A DNA stretch of 64,000 nucleotides from an uncultured archaeon (GTDB lineage Archaea; Asgardarchaeota; Thorarchaeia; Thorarchaeales; Thorarchaeaceae), in NCBI GenBank assembly GCA_964458565.1, contig CAYWJO010000004.1, positions 32,001 to 96,000 on the forward strand, in the 5' to 3' direction. Position numbers and translations under genes: made by a program. The stretch's first letter is position 1, and each line of letters begins with the position of its first letter. Shown here piece after piece: positions 1 through 9,846 of the stretch. The notes below the pieces were generated by a model. The model was not told the DNA's origin, ran no database searches, and saw only the letters and a program-made list of their open reading frames with translations.

Positions 1-1052
1 TCAATTCTTCTTGACCCTCTCCAGATATCTGGCACTCCCGCTTCAATGTAAATTGTAGTATTTATTGGAGGAAGATATAGTATTTCTGGCACACCACCAA
101 GCACTACATCAAGTGAATAGAGGTCTGATAAATTGCCAATATCAATTGAATATATTGGCATTACAGGGTCACAAGTGAATGATATTTCAATAACGGGGAG
201 TCTGAATTGCCATATCACCGCTTCATTTACATTAAGGGTCAAATTGGCAGTTAATCGGATTTCACTTAGGCCAAGGTGAGGTCCCCAGTACACCGTACCA
301 TTATATTGTCCTGGATTAACATAGATAGTATCCATTGATCTTATTGGTGTGAGAACTGGAGCGGAATGGTTACTTCCAGTCTTTCCAAGATGCATAAGCG
401 GTTGAACTCTTAAGTCGTTCATGTACTCATTTTCATAAAGACTATCTCCGTCAGACGATTGGATATCGATTGTTACGGGACACAATGGTTGTTGGGATGT
501 AGCATAGACAACAATTCTCTCAACAATAACTGATACTGCATCAACATTTGTAGACAATGTTATTGTCCCTACCTGTAACCATCCAGTTGTTTGACTACGA
601 ACCAAATCTAGAGGGGCCATTAATGAATAAGTTGAAAATTCTCCCGCAACAGCCTCGACCCTTGAGCTGTTTGCTGAATTACGTACTCTGACATTGAAAG
701 TAACATTCGTTGCTCCACTAGTCATCCCCAATGTCACATTTACTCTCAGGGTATCGTAATCATAAATCGGAACAAAGAACGAGTAAGCTCCCAAACGCTG
801 AGGAGATACATTGAGCACCATAGCTTCATTAGAACTTGAATACGCCAACTTATCGATTTTTTGCATGGCCGTTGTGTCGGTCACCAATGAACCCAGGTTT
901 GCTTCTGTTACTGTTGTGTCTTCATATGCTGGCAGTGAAGTCGAAAATACAATCAGACTAACAACAAGCACCAGTGCCATGACATCCAATATTCTTCCTA
1001 CACTGAGGAAATCTCTTATGCTTCTTCTCTGACGCATCATCCCTGTGACCAT
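1..1052 (-). CDS. Secreted/membrane-anchored hypothetical protein, 5' part (runs off the window)
   Basis: Not in the ORF track. Manual translation of both ends is open and in the same frame: from ATG 1052 (or 1040) MVTGMMRQRRSIRDFLSVGRILDVMALVLVVSLIVFSTSLP..., a basic N-terminus plus hydrophobic segment and then beta-rich sequence, to ...PINTTIYIEAGVPDIWRGSRRI at the window edge. Confidence 0.75.
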   Translation of the reverse strand, partial: MVTGMMRQRRSIRDFLSVGRILDVMALVLVVSLIVFSTSLPAYEDTTVTEANLGSLVTDTTAMQKIDKLAYSSSNEAMVLNVSPQRLGAYSFFVPIYDYDTLRVNVTLGMTSGATNVTFNVRVRNSANSSRVEAVAGEFSTYSLMAPLDLVRSQTTGWLQVGTITLSTNVDAVSVIVERIVVYATSQQPLCPVTIDIQSSDGDSLYENEYMNDLRVQPLMHLGKTGSNHSAPVLTPIRSMDTIYVNPGQYNGTVYWGPHLGLSEIRLTANLTLNVNEAVIWQFRLPVIEISFTCDPVMPIYSIDIGNLSDLYSLDVVLGGVPEILYLPPINTTIYIEAGVPDIWRGSRRI

Positions 1053-1380
1053 CCTATTCGGGAAACCGCCTTGATTTAAGAGTTGTCCACCGACTTTTTC
1101 ATATTTAATCGTTATATCTAATGTTTCCTATTCATGCTTGTTTGTATTTTTTCGCCCTTTTCTCAAGGTGTTAAAGTACCTTCTTAGCTATTTGTTTTAG
1201 CAAAATCACTTCGTACAGTTCCTAAGACAGTGATTGTCCAATAATCTGGTATGATCTACAATATTTGCTGAATCGTCAACCTTAAGACCCTGTGAATGAG
1301 ACACCCCGTCTAGATTCAATATCAATGGATGCTGCTCAAGATCGCAATCATGACAGTTTCCGAATGGAGGATTAAACAAA

Positions 1381-2547
1381 ATGGTAAGAAAAGTTGCTGT
1401 AGTAGCCGGTGGTCACAGTAAGTTTGGTAAACGATACGATGCTACTATGAGAGAACTTTCTGCAGAGGCTTACAAGCCAATCTATGATGAAGGAATCACT
1501 CAAGACAGGATTGATGCAACTGTCCTTTCCTATGCTGCTTCACAGTTTACCGGTCAAGGTGCTGGTTCTGCATTGATTGCAGATTATATCGGTCTTCCCG
1601 ATAAACCACACCTACGAGTAGAGTCTGCTTGCACTACCGGTACTGCCTCATTGAGAGCCGCATGGGGGATGGTAGCTGCTGGGCTTTATGACGTGATGCT
1701 TGTATTGGGTGTTGAACAGATGAATCGAGTATCTTCCGCAACCGCGACAGAATATATGTCTCGGGCTGGAGATATGCGTTGGGAATATCCATATGGAATT
1801 TCATTTCCCGCCTTCTATGCATTGATGGCTTCAAGGTATATGTACGAATATAACATGCCTCATGATATCTTAGCTAAGATTGCAGTAAAATCTCATCACT
1901 ATGGTGCTCAAAATCCGAAAGCGCATCTTCCAAGAGAGGTCTCTTTCGAGGAAGCAAACAACGCAGTTCCAATCGCTCGACCCTTGAATTTATACGATTG
2001 TAGTCTTATCACAGATGGTGCTGCTGCAGTTGTCATTGCGGCTGAGGAACGAGTTAGCGAATTCACTGATCGACCTATGTGGATTAGAGGCATAGGTGCT
2101 GGAGCCTCTGAAATGAAGATTCAGGATCGTACGACTCTGACTTCGATTTCAGGTGCAAAATCCGCCGCAAAAGCTGCTTACAAGATGGCTGGTTTAGGTC
2201 CTGAAGATATGAATATGGCCGAAGTCCACGATTGCTTTACAATTGCTGAATTGATCGCATATGAGGACCTCGGATTCGCTGAACCAGGAAAAGGTCGTGA
2301 AATTGTAGAAAACAAGGAGAACTATCACACAGGGCGCATACCAGTCAATTGCGATGGTGGGTTGAAGAGCAAGGGGCATCCACTAGGAGCAACTGGTGTA
2401 TCAATGACTTATGAAATTATGAAACAGATGAGGGGCGAAGCTGAGAACGCATCACGACAGATTAAAGATGTCCAATATGGTCTTGCTCACAATGTCGGTC
2501 AATCCGGTCAATTTGTGAACATCTTTATCTTTGAAAGGGGATGGTAA
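1381..2547 (+). CDS. Thiolase family protein (archaeal/SCP2-type acetyl-CoA acyltransferase)
   Basis: ESACTTG catalytic Cys, EVHDCF, GHPLGATG and C-terminal HNVG motifs; GGAGG RBS upstream. Confidence 0.93.
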   Translation: MVRKVAVVAGGHSKFGKRYDATMRELSAEAYKPIYDEGITQDRIDATVLSYAASQFTGQGAGSALIADYIGLPDKPHLRVESACTTGTASLRAAWGMVAAGLYDVMLVLGVEQMNRVSSATATEYMSRAGDMRWEYPYGISFPAFYALMASRYMYEYNMPHDILAKIAVKSHHYGAQNPKAHLPREVSFEEANNAVPIARPLNLYDCSLITDGAAAVVIAAEERVSEFTDRPMWIRGIGAGASEMKIQDRTTLTSISGAKSAAKAAYKMAGLGPEDMNMAEVHDCFTIAELIAYEDLGFAEPGKGREIVENKENYHTGRIPVNCDGGLKSKGHPLGATGVSMTYEIMKQMRGEAENASRQIKDVQYGLAHNVGQSGQFVNIFIFERGW

Positions 2548-2549
2548 TC

Positions 2550-2966
2550 ATGGCAGAACAAAAAGAACTCTATCTAGGATACACAACTGATAAAGCAATT
2601 ACTCCATGGTTTCAGAAATTCTTAGAAGCTCTGGATCAAGAGAAATTACTGAAGTCTGTCTGTACTAAATGCAACGCTGAGGCTCTCCCCCCCAGACAGT
2701 ACTGTCAAAAATGCTTGTCAGAGACTGAATTTGCTGAATTCACAGAACGTGAAGCAATTATGCATTCGTACGTAGTGGTTGATTTTGCTCCGGAAACGCT
2801 CTCTTCAAAAGCACCGTATGTTGTAGCAATTGGGGAATTTCCGTCTGGTAAACGAATCACTGCGCACATTACGAATCTTATGAGCCAACCCGAGGTTGGA
2901 ATGAGCCTCAAGTTAGCCTTTGACAAGATTGATGATAAACACATCACATACAAATGGTTAGTATGA
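2550..2966 (+). CDS. DUF35 (Zn-ribbon + OB-fold) acyl-CoA-binding partner of the thiolase
   Basis: CxxC...PPR.xCxxC, then APYVVAIGEF OB-fold; directly follows the thiolase. Confidence 0.9.
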   Translation: MAEQKELYLGYTTDKAITPWFQKFLEALDQEKLLKSVCTKCNAEALPPRQYCQKCLSETEFAEFTEREAIMHSYVVVDFAPETLSSKAPYVVAIGEFPSGKRITAHITNLMSQPEVGMSLKLAFDKIDDKHITYKWLV

Positions 2967-2996
2967 GGGGTTTCATCCCCTCCATTTTCTTCTTTT
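2965..2996 (+). terminator. Hairpin + U-rich terminator after thiolase/DUF35
   Basis: GAGGGG-tttcat-CCCCTC followed by a T-rich tract, between convergent genes. Confidence 0.55.
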
Positions 2997-4275
2997 ATAC
3001 CATGTAGTATGAAATATGGCTTTCTTTTTTAGGAAATAAAGTTTCAAAAAGCGTTCTTAGTGAAAGACGCACAAGAAAATCAATTTGATACTCATTAATC
3101 TCTTCTCTACTGTATTGACCAAGAACCATTCTAACAAAGTCTTCTTTTGAAGATCTGATATCACTGTATTCTTGACCATCTTGGAAACCGATATTCTTGA
3201 TTGACCTGATTTTCCCACTTACAAATTCGATGGAGATGCACTCTCTATAAGTATTGATATTGATTATCCGATTCAATCTGGAATACATTGTATTCTTGAT
3301 ACGCTTCTCAAGTACCAGACGTATTTGCTTGAGAAATCTAGTTAAGTCTGGAATTTTAATTTGATATTTCCACCAAGGCTGAAACACTCCTTGCAGGTCA
3401 CGAGCCAATTTGAGGAGATTATTGTGCTTCGGACCAATAATCCGTACCTGATTGACTCCAAGATTGGTTGCCTTCTCTTTCAGGTGATAGAGTGTTGTCA
3501 TAACTGCGTCAAAAACAGAGATGCTGTTTTCAGATACTACCAGTGTAGACCTCTGTGGGTCTTTCTTTGGGTTTCCTTCAATCCATGTTCTAAAATAACC
3601 TTCAATATTTCCATCCCTCTCAACAATACAGGTTTGAAATTCTCTATCATACTCCTTTCTGAATTTCTCCTGTAATTCCCAAATTGATTCTGTCCGTTTG
3701 GTAGATAGAAGCAGATCGCGATGTTCAAGGTTGTAAAGCTCCATCAATTCATCAATATCATTTGATTTCGCTTCTCGGATTTCTCTTAAATTAACTCCTT
3801 CAGGTTTTGAAGGAATCTGTCCTAATCTTAGAAAAACACATGGCTCCATTGGAATTACAAAGTCATAACCAAATTGACGGTAGAAATATGGTATACCCTG
3901 TATTGTGGATATGTGATATTTTCCTCTATCCAGCATCTCTTCAAAATACGAATTGAGAATACGCACTAATCCTTTTTGACGGTATTCTTCAAGGGTTCCT
4001 ACCCATCCCATTTCCAAGTTTTTGATTGGGATGTGTTCATACATCCATATACTTGGAATCGCATTTATTGAAGAAACGATTTTCCCACTGTCTAAATCTC
4101 TAATGAAGAGATTGTGGTTTCTTTCAAATCCTGGTAGGTTCTCAATCATCCGTCTTAATTCTTCAGGATCATCATCTTGATGTACAGTTTTATTGAATCT
4201 CAGAAGGTCTTCCAAGTCCTCATCTGTTTCAACTGTCCCAAATTCAAATCCTTTTGGCATCTCTAGCATCATCAA
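2995..4275 (-). CDS. GNAT N-acetyltransferase, Eis-like (tandem GNAT + SCP2-like C-terminus)
   Basis: VGTLEEYRQKGL acetyl-CoA motif, GIPYFYRQFGY motif, Eis-like length. Confidence 0.8.
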   Translation of the reverse strand: MMMLEMPKGFEFGTVETDEDLEDLLRFNKTVHQDDDPEELRRMIENLPGFERNHNLFIRDLDSGKIVSSINAIPSIWMYEHIPIKNLEMGWVGTLEEYRQKGLVRILNSYFEEMLDRGKYHISTIQGIPYFYRQFGYDFVIPMEPCVFLRLGQIPSKPEGVNLREIREAKSNDIDELMELYNLEHRDLLLSTKRTESIWELQEKFRKEYDREFQTCIVERDGNIEGYFRTWIEGNPKKDPQRSTLVVSENSISVFDAVMTTLYHLKEKATNLGVNQVRIIGPKHNNLLKLARDLQGVFQPWWKYQIKIPDLTRFLKQIRLVLEKRIKNTMYSRLNRIININTYRECISIEFVSGKIRSIKNIGFQDGQEYSDIRSSKEDFVRMVLGQYSREEINEYQIDFLVRLSLRTLFETLFPKKESHISYYMV

Positions 4276-4339
4276 TGCTCCAACTCAAAGCCTTTCCTCA
4301 TCCTTATGAAGAAATTCATTAAAAAATTCATCATGAACT

Positions 4340-4660
4340 TTATGTTAGTGATGCTGATTCTAGAACACCCGCCCACAATTTGTATAATGCAACCTGTTTC
4401 AGAGTTTCATTGTACACTTGAGCTGCTCTCCTATGGTCTGATTCATCCAGTTCTTTCAGAGCTCTATCAATTAGCTCTTCGACATCTCTGATGCGACGTT
4501 TACCCTCATTTTCTTTATATCCAATAAAGGTGATATCTCGCTCCGATTCCCATGCCTTCAGGAATAGCTCCTGTTCTTCCGTTAAAATACTTGATTCAAA
4601 TGATGATACAAGTGACCTCTTCATTGAATGGAGCGATTTCCTCCAAACATCCACGTTCAT
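4340..4660 (-). CDS. Hypothetical helical protein
   Basis: 106-aa ORF with protein-like composition filling the gap; no recognised motif. Confidence 0.6.
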   Translation of the reverse strand: MNVDVWRKSLHSMKRSLVSSFESSILTEEQELFLKAWESERDITFIGYKENEGKRRIRDVEELIDRALKELDESDHRRAAQVYNETLKQVALYKLWAGVLESASLT

Positions 4661-4800
4661 AGGTTCGTTTTACAACAATACCTCTTTTAATTTCTTACGC
4701 TTCTTTGAATATTCTATGATTATATGATATTTTTAGAGCAAGCCGAACGATTCTTTAAGTCCTTGATTTTGATGAATCTCAGATTCCGGAGTTGGATAAA

Positions 4801-5586
4801 ATGTCACAAGATGATGTTCTATACGAAATTACTGATAGTGTTGCTACAATCGCAATAAATCGACCTGACAAACTTAATGCACTCAACGTTACTGTAGTGA
4901 ATGCTCTTCAGGGCTTCATGAAACGAGCTGAGCATGATAACACAGTCCGCGTAGTGATACTTACAGGAACCGGTGAAAAGGCGTTTGCAGCTGGAGCAGA
5001 TATCACTGAATTTCAAAACAAGGATTCAAAGGGTGTTCGGCCTCTCTCTGAGAATGGTCAAGAATTCTGCAAGTTTATGGAATCAATGAGTAAACCAGTC
5101 ATTGCAGCTATCAATGGATTTGCACTTGGTGGTGGCTGCGAAATCGCGATGGCTTGTGATATCCGCTATGCATCTTCAAATGCAAAGTTTGGACAACCTG
5201 AAATCAATCTTGGTATAATTCCTGGTTTTGGAGGGACTGTCCGACTTCCTAGGTTGGTCGGACTTGGGAAAGCTAAGGAGCTTATTTATTCCGGGAATAT
5301 GATAGATGCTGAAGAGGCTCTTAAACTTGGATTAGTTGACCATGTGTTTGAGAGTGTTGAAGCTTTGAGGGACGGTGTTTTGAAGTTTGCATCAAAGCTA
5401 GCTACAAAGCCAGGGATTGCAATCAAATTAGCAAAGAAATCGTTGAATGCTTCGTGGTCTTTGCCGCTTAAGGAAAATCTTGAATTAGAAGTTGATGTTT
5501 TCTGTGAAACATTTGATACTGAAGATAAAGACATAGGTGTTGAAGCCTTCCTGAGTAAGAGCAAACCTGAATTCAAGCACAGATAG
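4801..5586 (+). CDS. Enoyl-CoA hydratase/crotonase
   Basis: NRPDKLNAL, AFAAGADI, GFALGGGCE and FGQPEINLGIIPGFGGT motifs. Confidence 0.95.
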   Translation: MSQDDVLYEITDSVATIAINRPDKLNALNVTVVNALQGFMKRAEHDNTVRVVILTGTGEKAFAAGADITEFQNKDSKGVRPLSENGQEFCKFMESMSKPVIAAINGFALGGGCEIAMACDIRYASSNAKFGQPEINLGIIPGFGGTVRLPRLVGLGKAKELIYSGNMIDAEEALKLGLVDHVFESVEALRDGVLKFASKLATKPGIAIKLAKKSLNASWSLPLKENLELEVDVFCETFDTEDKDIGVEAFLSKSKPEFKHR

Positions 5587-5610
5587 TAATAGGAATGGCG
5601 GGTAATCCTG

Positions 5611-6543
5611 CTATTCTGTTACTTTATATTTTCCATGTTCTTCATTTACAACACCATTCTGTTGTAATTGTTCAAGATGTTTCTCTAGCATGAACTCCTC
5701 AAAAATGAGATATACATTGAATGGGATCTTTGGGTATATTGTTGGTAATTGTGCTAATTTCTTTACTGTATCATAACCATCCTTAATATTCTGAAGAATC
5801 CGATTTTCTCTCTCATCGAACACATTGAGATAGGTTTGAAGCCTATTTTGGATGTTCTCCTTCACCGGATTAAGTAGATGACTACTTATGATGCAATCCG
5901 GATTCAACTCCATCGCAACTTCTATTGATCTCTTGAAATACCAGATGTCGCTCACTGCATTTCCATACCACGGACCGAAACGTGTTAGGTCTATGTCAAC
6001 AAGAAAGAGTGTATCCATTCCATTGATTCCGAATCCAGTATGGTCGATTGTATGTCCAGGAAGATGAATTGGGATTAGCTCGATATCACCACACTCAATG
6101 GGTATCCCGTCTTTGAAATTCGAATCTACATGATAATCTGCAACAATATGCTTCACCCAGTTTTCAAGAAGTGCTTTCCAATCCGAATAGTATTCAGAGC
6201 TAGCTACCCCATAATATTCAACCATTCCATCGAACGAACGAATTCCCTTTTCTGAAAGATGATTACACATAATCTCGCATTGAGAAATCTTTCTGATTTC
6301 TTCAGCATGGCCTTTATGGTCTATGTGAAAATGGGAAAGGATTGTTCTATCTATATCTGTTAACGTGTAACCAAGATCTCGTAGAGTCGTCTTGATGTTT
6401 GCAAGACTGGATCCGGCATCAACGAGAGTTAGAATTTCATCATCAATAAGAAGTGAATTGGCCTCAGGAAATCGCGATTTGTTTTCACCGCGTATTAGAT
6501 GTACATTCGGTTCAACTTCAATATGCGCTTCGTAGTCTGACAT
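5611..6543 (-). CDS. Metallo-beta-lactamase-fold hydrolase with C-terminal wHTH-like region
   Basis: LVDAG, SHFHIDH (HxHxDH), PGHT and SSH motifs. Confidence 0.88.
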   Translation of the reverse strand: MSDYEAHIEVEPNVHLIRGENKSRFPEANSLLIDDEILTLVDAGSSLANIKTTLRDLGYTLTDIDRTILSHFHIDHKGHAEEIRKISQCEIMCNHLSEKGIRSFDGMVEYYGVASSEYYSDWKALLENWVKHIVADYHVDSNFKDGIPIECGDIELIPIHLPGHTIDHTGFGINGMDTLFLVDIDLTRFGPWYGNAVSDIWYFKRSIEVAMELNPDCIISSHLLNPVKENIQNRLQTYLNVFDERENRILQNIKDGYDTVKKLAQLPTIYPKIPFNVYLIFEEFMLEKHLEQLQQNGVVNEEHGKYKVTE

Positions 6544-6647
6544 CGACTTGTCTTTTACATTATATCAGATAACTTTCTCTGTGCGTACAATTCATTAAGT
6601 GCGTTGTACAATCATCTTACATTCAAGAGAACCAGCTGGTTAGAATC

Positions 6648-8093
6648 ATGAGTCAACGTGTCTTTGCTGTTTTCGATATAGGTACAACTGGTACAAGGTC
6701 TGCACTAGTGGATGAAGAAGGACGAGTTCTGTCAATCGAATACGAGGAATATCCTCAGAAACCTCGAGAACTTGAAACTCACGAGCAACTTGCTGAAACC
6801 TATTGGAGAACTTCTGTGAACACAATGCAACGTGCAATTTCTGATTTCTCTCCTGGGGCTTCAGGGATTGTCGGAGTAGTCGTTTCAACAACTCGTGATT
6901 GTATAACTCCTGTTGATAAAGTCGGAACCCCCTTAGCACCAACTGTGACGTGGGTTGACAACAGATCATCCCCTCGAGCGAAAGCGATGGCGGAGGATAT
7001 AGGTCCTCGGAAGAGCGTCAACAAGCTGATGTGGTTTCAAGACAATCGCGCAAAATTGTTCAATACTGCATCTAAATTCATACATCTTGATGCTTTCATT
7101 AATAATCGTCTTTGTGGAGCCATGGTGAGTGAACCTACAAATGCTCGCTTTGGACCAATTGACCATGAAACATTGAAATGGTCTGAAGAACTTTGCAAGC
7201 AAACAGGAATCCCCATAGACAAACTAGCTGATATTGTTGAACCTGGTAAACTTATTGGAGAGATATCCAGCGATGCTGCAAAAGCAACTGGGCTTCAAAA
7301 AGGAACTGCTGTTATAATGGGTGCGGGTGACCAACAATGTGCAGCGTTAGGAACAGGTACAATCCGTTCTGGTGTTGTCAAAGCTACAACTGGTACAGGC
7401 ACTTTTGTTATCACTCACACAGATGAATACATCGAAGAACCCTATGTCATGTTCTCAAATCCTGCGGCAATTCCGGGAAAATGGATTCTTGAAGGAGTCA
7501 TTCCTGGTACTGGTCTAGCTTACAAATGGTATCGCGACAATTATTTTGAAGCAGAAAAGGGGAGGGACAAGAATGTGTATGAAATAATGGAATCTGCTGC
7601 ATCATCAGTTCCTACAGGAAGTGATGGTCTCGTTGTATTTCCTTTTATGGCATATAACAAAGGTATATTCTACAACCTCGGATTCAGTCATTCTCGAGCT
7701 CATATTGCACGAGCGATTATGGAATCTAACGGATATGGCATTAACATGTACCTGCAGATGCAAGAAGGGATGTTAGACATTGAATTTGAAGAGTTACGAA
7801 TTGATGGTGGTGGAGCAAACTCTCCTCTCTGGAGGCAAATCATGGCTGATTGCACTGGCAAGACTGTAGTTCTACCTAAATGTCGTGATTCTACTGTCAT
7901 AGGTGCGGCTATCCTTGGTACTGTAGGAACTGGAGTTTATGGAACCTATCAAGAAGCTGTCGAGAATATGTTCTCTGTTGAGGAAAGAAGAGACCCAATA
8001 CCTGAGAATGTACGTGTATATGAGCGGCAATACAGTGTATTTAACAAGATGATGATTTCTGAGATGGCAGAGCTACTCGAACTGACGTCATAG
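6648..8093 (+). CDS. FGGY-family carbohydrate kinase (glycerol/xylulose kinase-like)
   Basis: DIGTTGTRS, WVDNRS, GAGDQQ, TTGTG and DGGGANS motifs. Confidence 0.92.
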   Translation: MSQRVFAVFDIGTTGTRSALVDEEGRVLSIEYEEYPQKPRELETHEQLAETYWRTSVNTMQRAISDFSPGASGIVGVVVSTTRDCITPVDKVGTPLAPTVTWVDNRSSPRAKAMAEDIGPRKSVNKLMWFQDNRAKLFNTASKFIHLDAFINNRLCGAMVSEPTNARFGPIDHETLKWSEELCKQTGIPIDKLADIVEPGKLIGEISSDAAKATGLQKGTAVIMGAGDQQCAALGTGTIRSGVVKATTGTGTFVITHTDEYIEEPYVMFSNPAAIPGKWILEGVIPGTGLAYKWYRDNYFEAEKGRDKNVYEIMESAASSVPTGSDGLVVFPFMAYNKGIFYNLGFSHSRAHIARAIMESNGYGINMYLQMQEGMLDIEFEELRIDGGGANSPLWRQIMADCTGKTVVLPKCRDSTVIGAAILGTVGTGVYGTYQEAVENMFSVEERRDPIPENVRVYERQYSVFNKMMISEMAELLELTS

Positions 8094-8187
8094 ATACATA
8101 TGCTCTTCCGAAATCCTTCTATTGCTGAATAGATTTCGTCAAACCAACCAATTATTAGATCATAATCATCAAGGAGAATTTCCAATC

Positions 8188-9846
8188 TTGACAAATGATG
8201 AATTCGACGTTGTAGTGATTGGTGGTGGCAGTACAGGTACCGCCGTAGCTCGTGACTGTGCAATGCGAGGTCTAAAAACACTACTTCTCGAGCGAGATGA
8301 TATTGCTTCTGCCACAGTTGGAACATGTGCAGGTATGATAAGTTCAGGATTCAAGTATTACAACGAACCCGAGATACTGGATTTGTGTTCTCAGGAAGTT
8401 GTGTACCTCCGACATATTGCTAAACACATAGTGATGAAAACTCCCAACTTGTTTCCTATATTTGATTTAGGTGAATTTTCTTCCACCGGAAGCGGAAAAG
8501 GTGTTGAAGAATACGCCAAGAGGGTGGAAACTAGAGGTGTGCCTCCGTTTCTTTTCTTAACGCCTGAAGATTCACTTGAATTAGAACCTGCAATAAATGG
8601 TGATATTATTGGCTCTGGTTATATTGAAGAGTTTTTCATAGACCCATTCAGTCTCTGTATACTTCAAGCAAAGGATGCAATGAGCTATAATGCGGAAATT
8701 CGAACATATTCCGAAGTCGTCGATATAGAAACAAGCAATGGGGAAATTATGAAAGTGGTTTACTATGATAGACGTTCAGAAGAAATTAAGTACGCAAGAG
8801 CCAAAACAGTGGTTAATGCAGCAGGACCTTGGGCAGATAAAATTGCTGGACTTACTGGGATTAAGCTAGAACTTCGCCACAACAAAGGCGCTCACATCAT
8901 TCTTGATAGAAGAGTTGTTAATGTTGGGATAGTAACTAGAGCTGTTGACCGAAGATGGGTTTATATGTATCCCCATGAAAATACGACTCTCATCGGAACA
9001 ACTGCTCTGGATACTTGGGAGGACCCAGATACCCTGGTGGCGACACACGATGAAATCGAATACTTGCTTAAGAGTTTTGAATGGGTAATACCTTCTGTAA
9101 GAGATGCTCGGATTATTCGGACGATGGCTGGTGTGAGACCGATGGTCCCAATCTGGAAGGTGCCTGAGGGTGAAGTTACAAGGGGTTATGAAATAATCGA
9201 TCATGAATCTGAAGGGGTTTCAGGTTTCTTTAGCTTTGTAGGTGGTAAACTGGTAATGTGCCGGGATATGGCTGAAGCTATAACAAATCTGGTTTGTCAA
9301 AAAATTGGGAACACATCAAAATGCGAGACTCATTCAAAGCCACTTCCGGGAATGGAAGAAGATGTAGATATCATTGCCCTTTCAAAAGAATATGGCATAG
9401 CTCAACACACACTTGAACGAATGAGGGCACGTCGTGGTACTAAGATGATTGAGATATTAGAAATGACTAGAGACCACCCTGAATGGAAATCAACAATTTG
9501 CACTTGCGAACCAGTTATAGAAGCAGAGATTCGGCATACTATTCGTCACGAATTCCCTCAGACACTGAATGATATTAGACGGCGAGTACGATTAGGGACT
9601 GGACCTTGTCAAGGTACTTTTTGCACTTACAAAGCAGCAGCTATTCTGAATGACGAGCTGGATCTTAGTGGAGATGATTATGAGATAGACATCATGGATT
9701 TCTTATCAGAACGCTGGAAGGGTAAACGTCCACCATTTAGACGCGATCAGCTCATCCAAGAGGAGCTGACACAGGGTATGTATGCTTGCGTTGGGAATCT
9801 TGACAGATCAACCGTTGACTACCAATCTAAACCCTGGGAGGAGTGA
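8188..9846 (+). CDS. glpA: Anaerobic glycerol-3-phosphate dehydrogenase subunit A-like
   Basis: IGGGSTG FAD motif, VNAAGPWAD, AGVRP, GGKL, and a C-terminal BFD-like 2Fe-2S region (CTCE...GPCQGTFC); probable TTG start at 8188 after AGGAG. Confidence 0.9.
   Translation: MTNDEFDVVVIGGGSTGTAVARDCAMRGLKTLLLERDDIASATVGTCAGMISSGFKYYNEPEILDLCSQEVVYLRHIAKHIVMKTPNLFPIFDLGEFSSTGSGKGVEEYAKRVETRGVPPFLFLTPEDSLELEPAINGDIIGSGYIEEFFIDPFSLCILQAKDAMSYNAEIRTYSEVVDIETSNGEIMKVVYYDRRSEEIKYARAKTVVNAAGPWADKIAGLTGIKLELRHNKGAHIILDRRVVNVGIVTRAVDRRWVYMYPHENTTLIGTTALDTWEDPDTLVATHDEIEYLLKSFEWVIPSVRDARIIRTMAGVRPMVPIWKVPEGEVTRGYEIIDHESEGVSGFFSFVGGKLVMCRDMAEAITNLVCQKIGNTSKCETHSKPLPGMEEDVDIIALSKEYGIAQHTLERMRARRGTKMIEILEMTRDHPEWKSTICTCEPVIEAEIRHTIRHEFPQTLNDIRRRVRLGTGPCQGTFCTYKAAAILNDELDLSGDDYEIDIMDFLSERWKGKRPPFRRDQLIQEELTQGMYACVGNLDRSTVDYQSKPWEE

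Noticed and set aside
811-1032. 73-aa plus-strand ORF
   Set aside because: Lies antisense to a longer minus-strand gene that runs off the window.
6648-8093. Assigning the symbol glpK
   Set aside because: Despite the glp context it lacks GlpK-diagnostic motifs, so it is left as an FGGY kinase.
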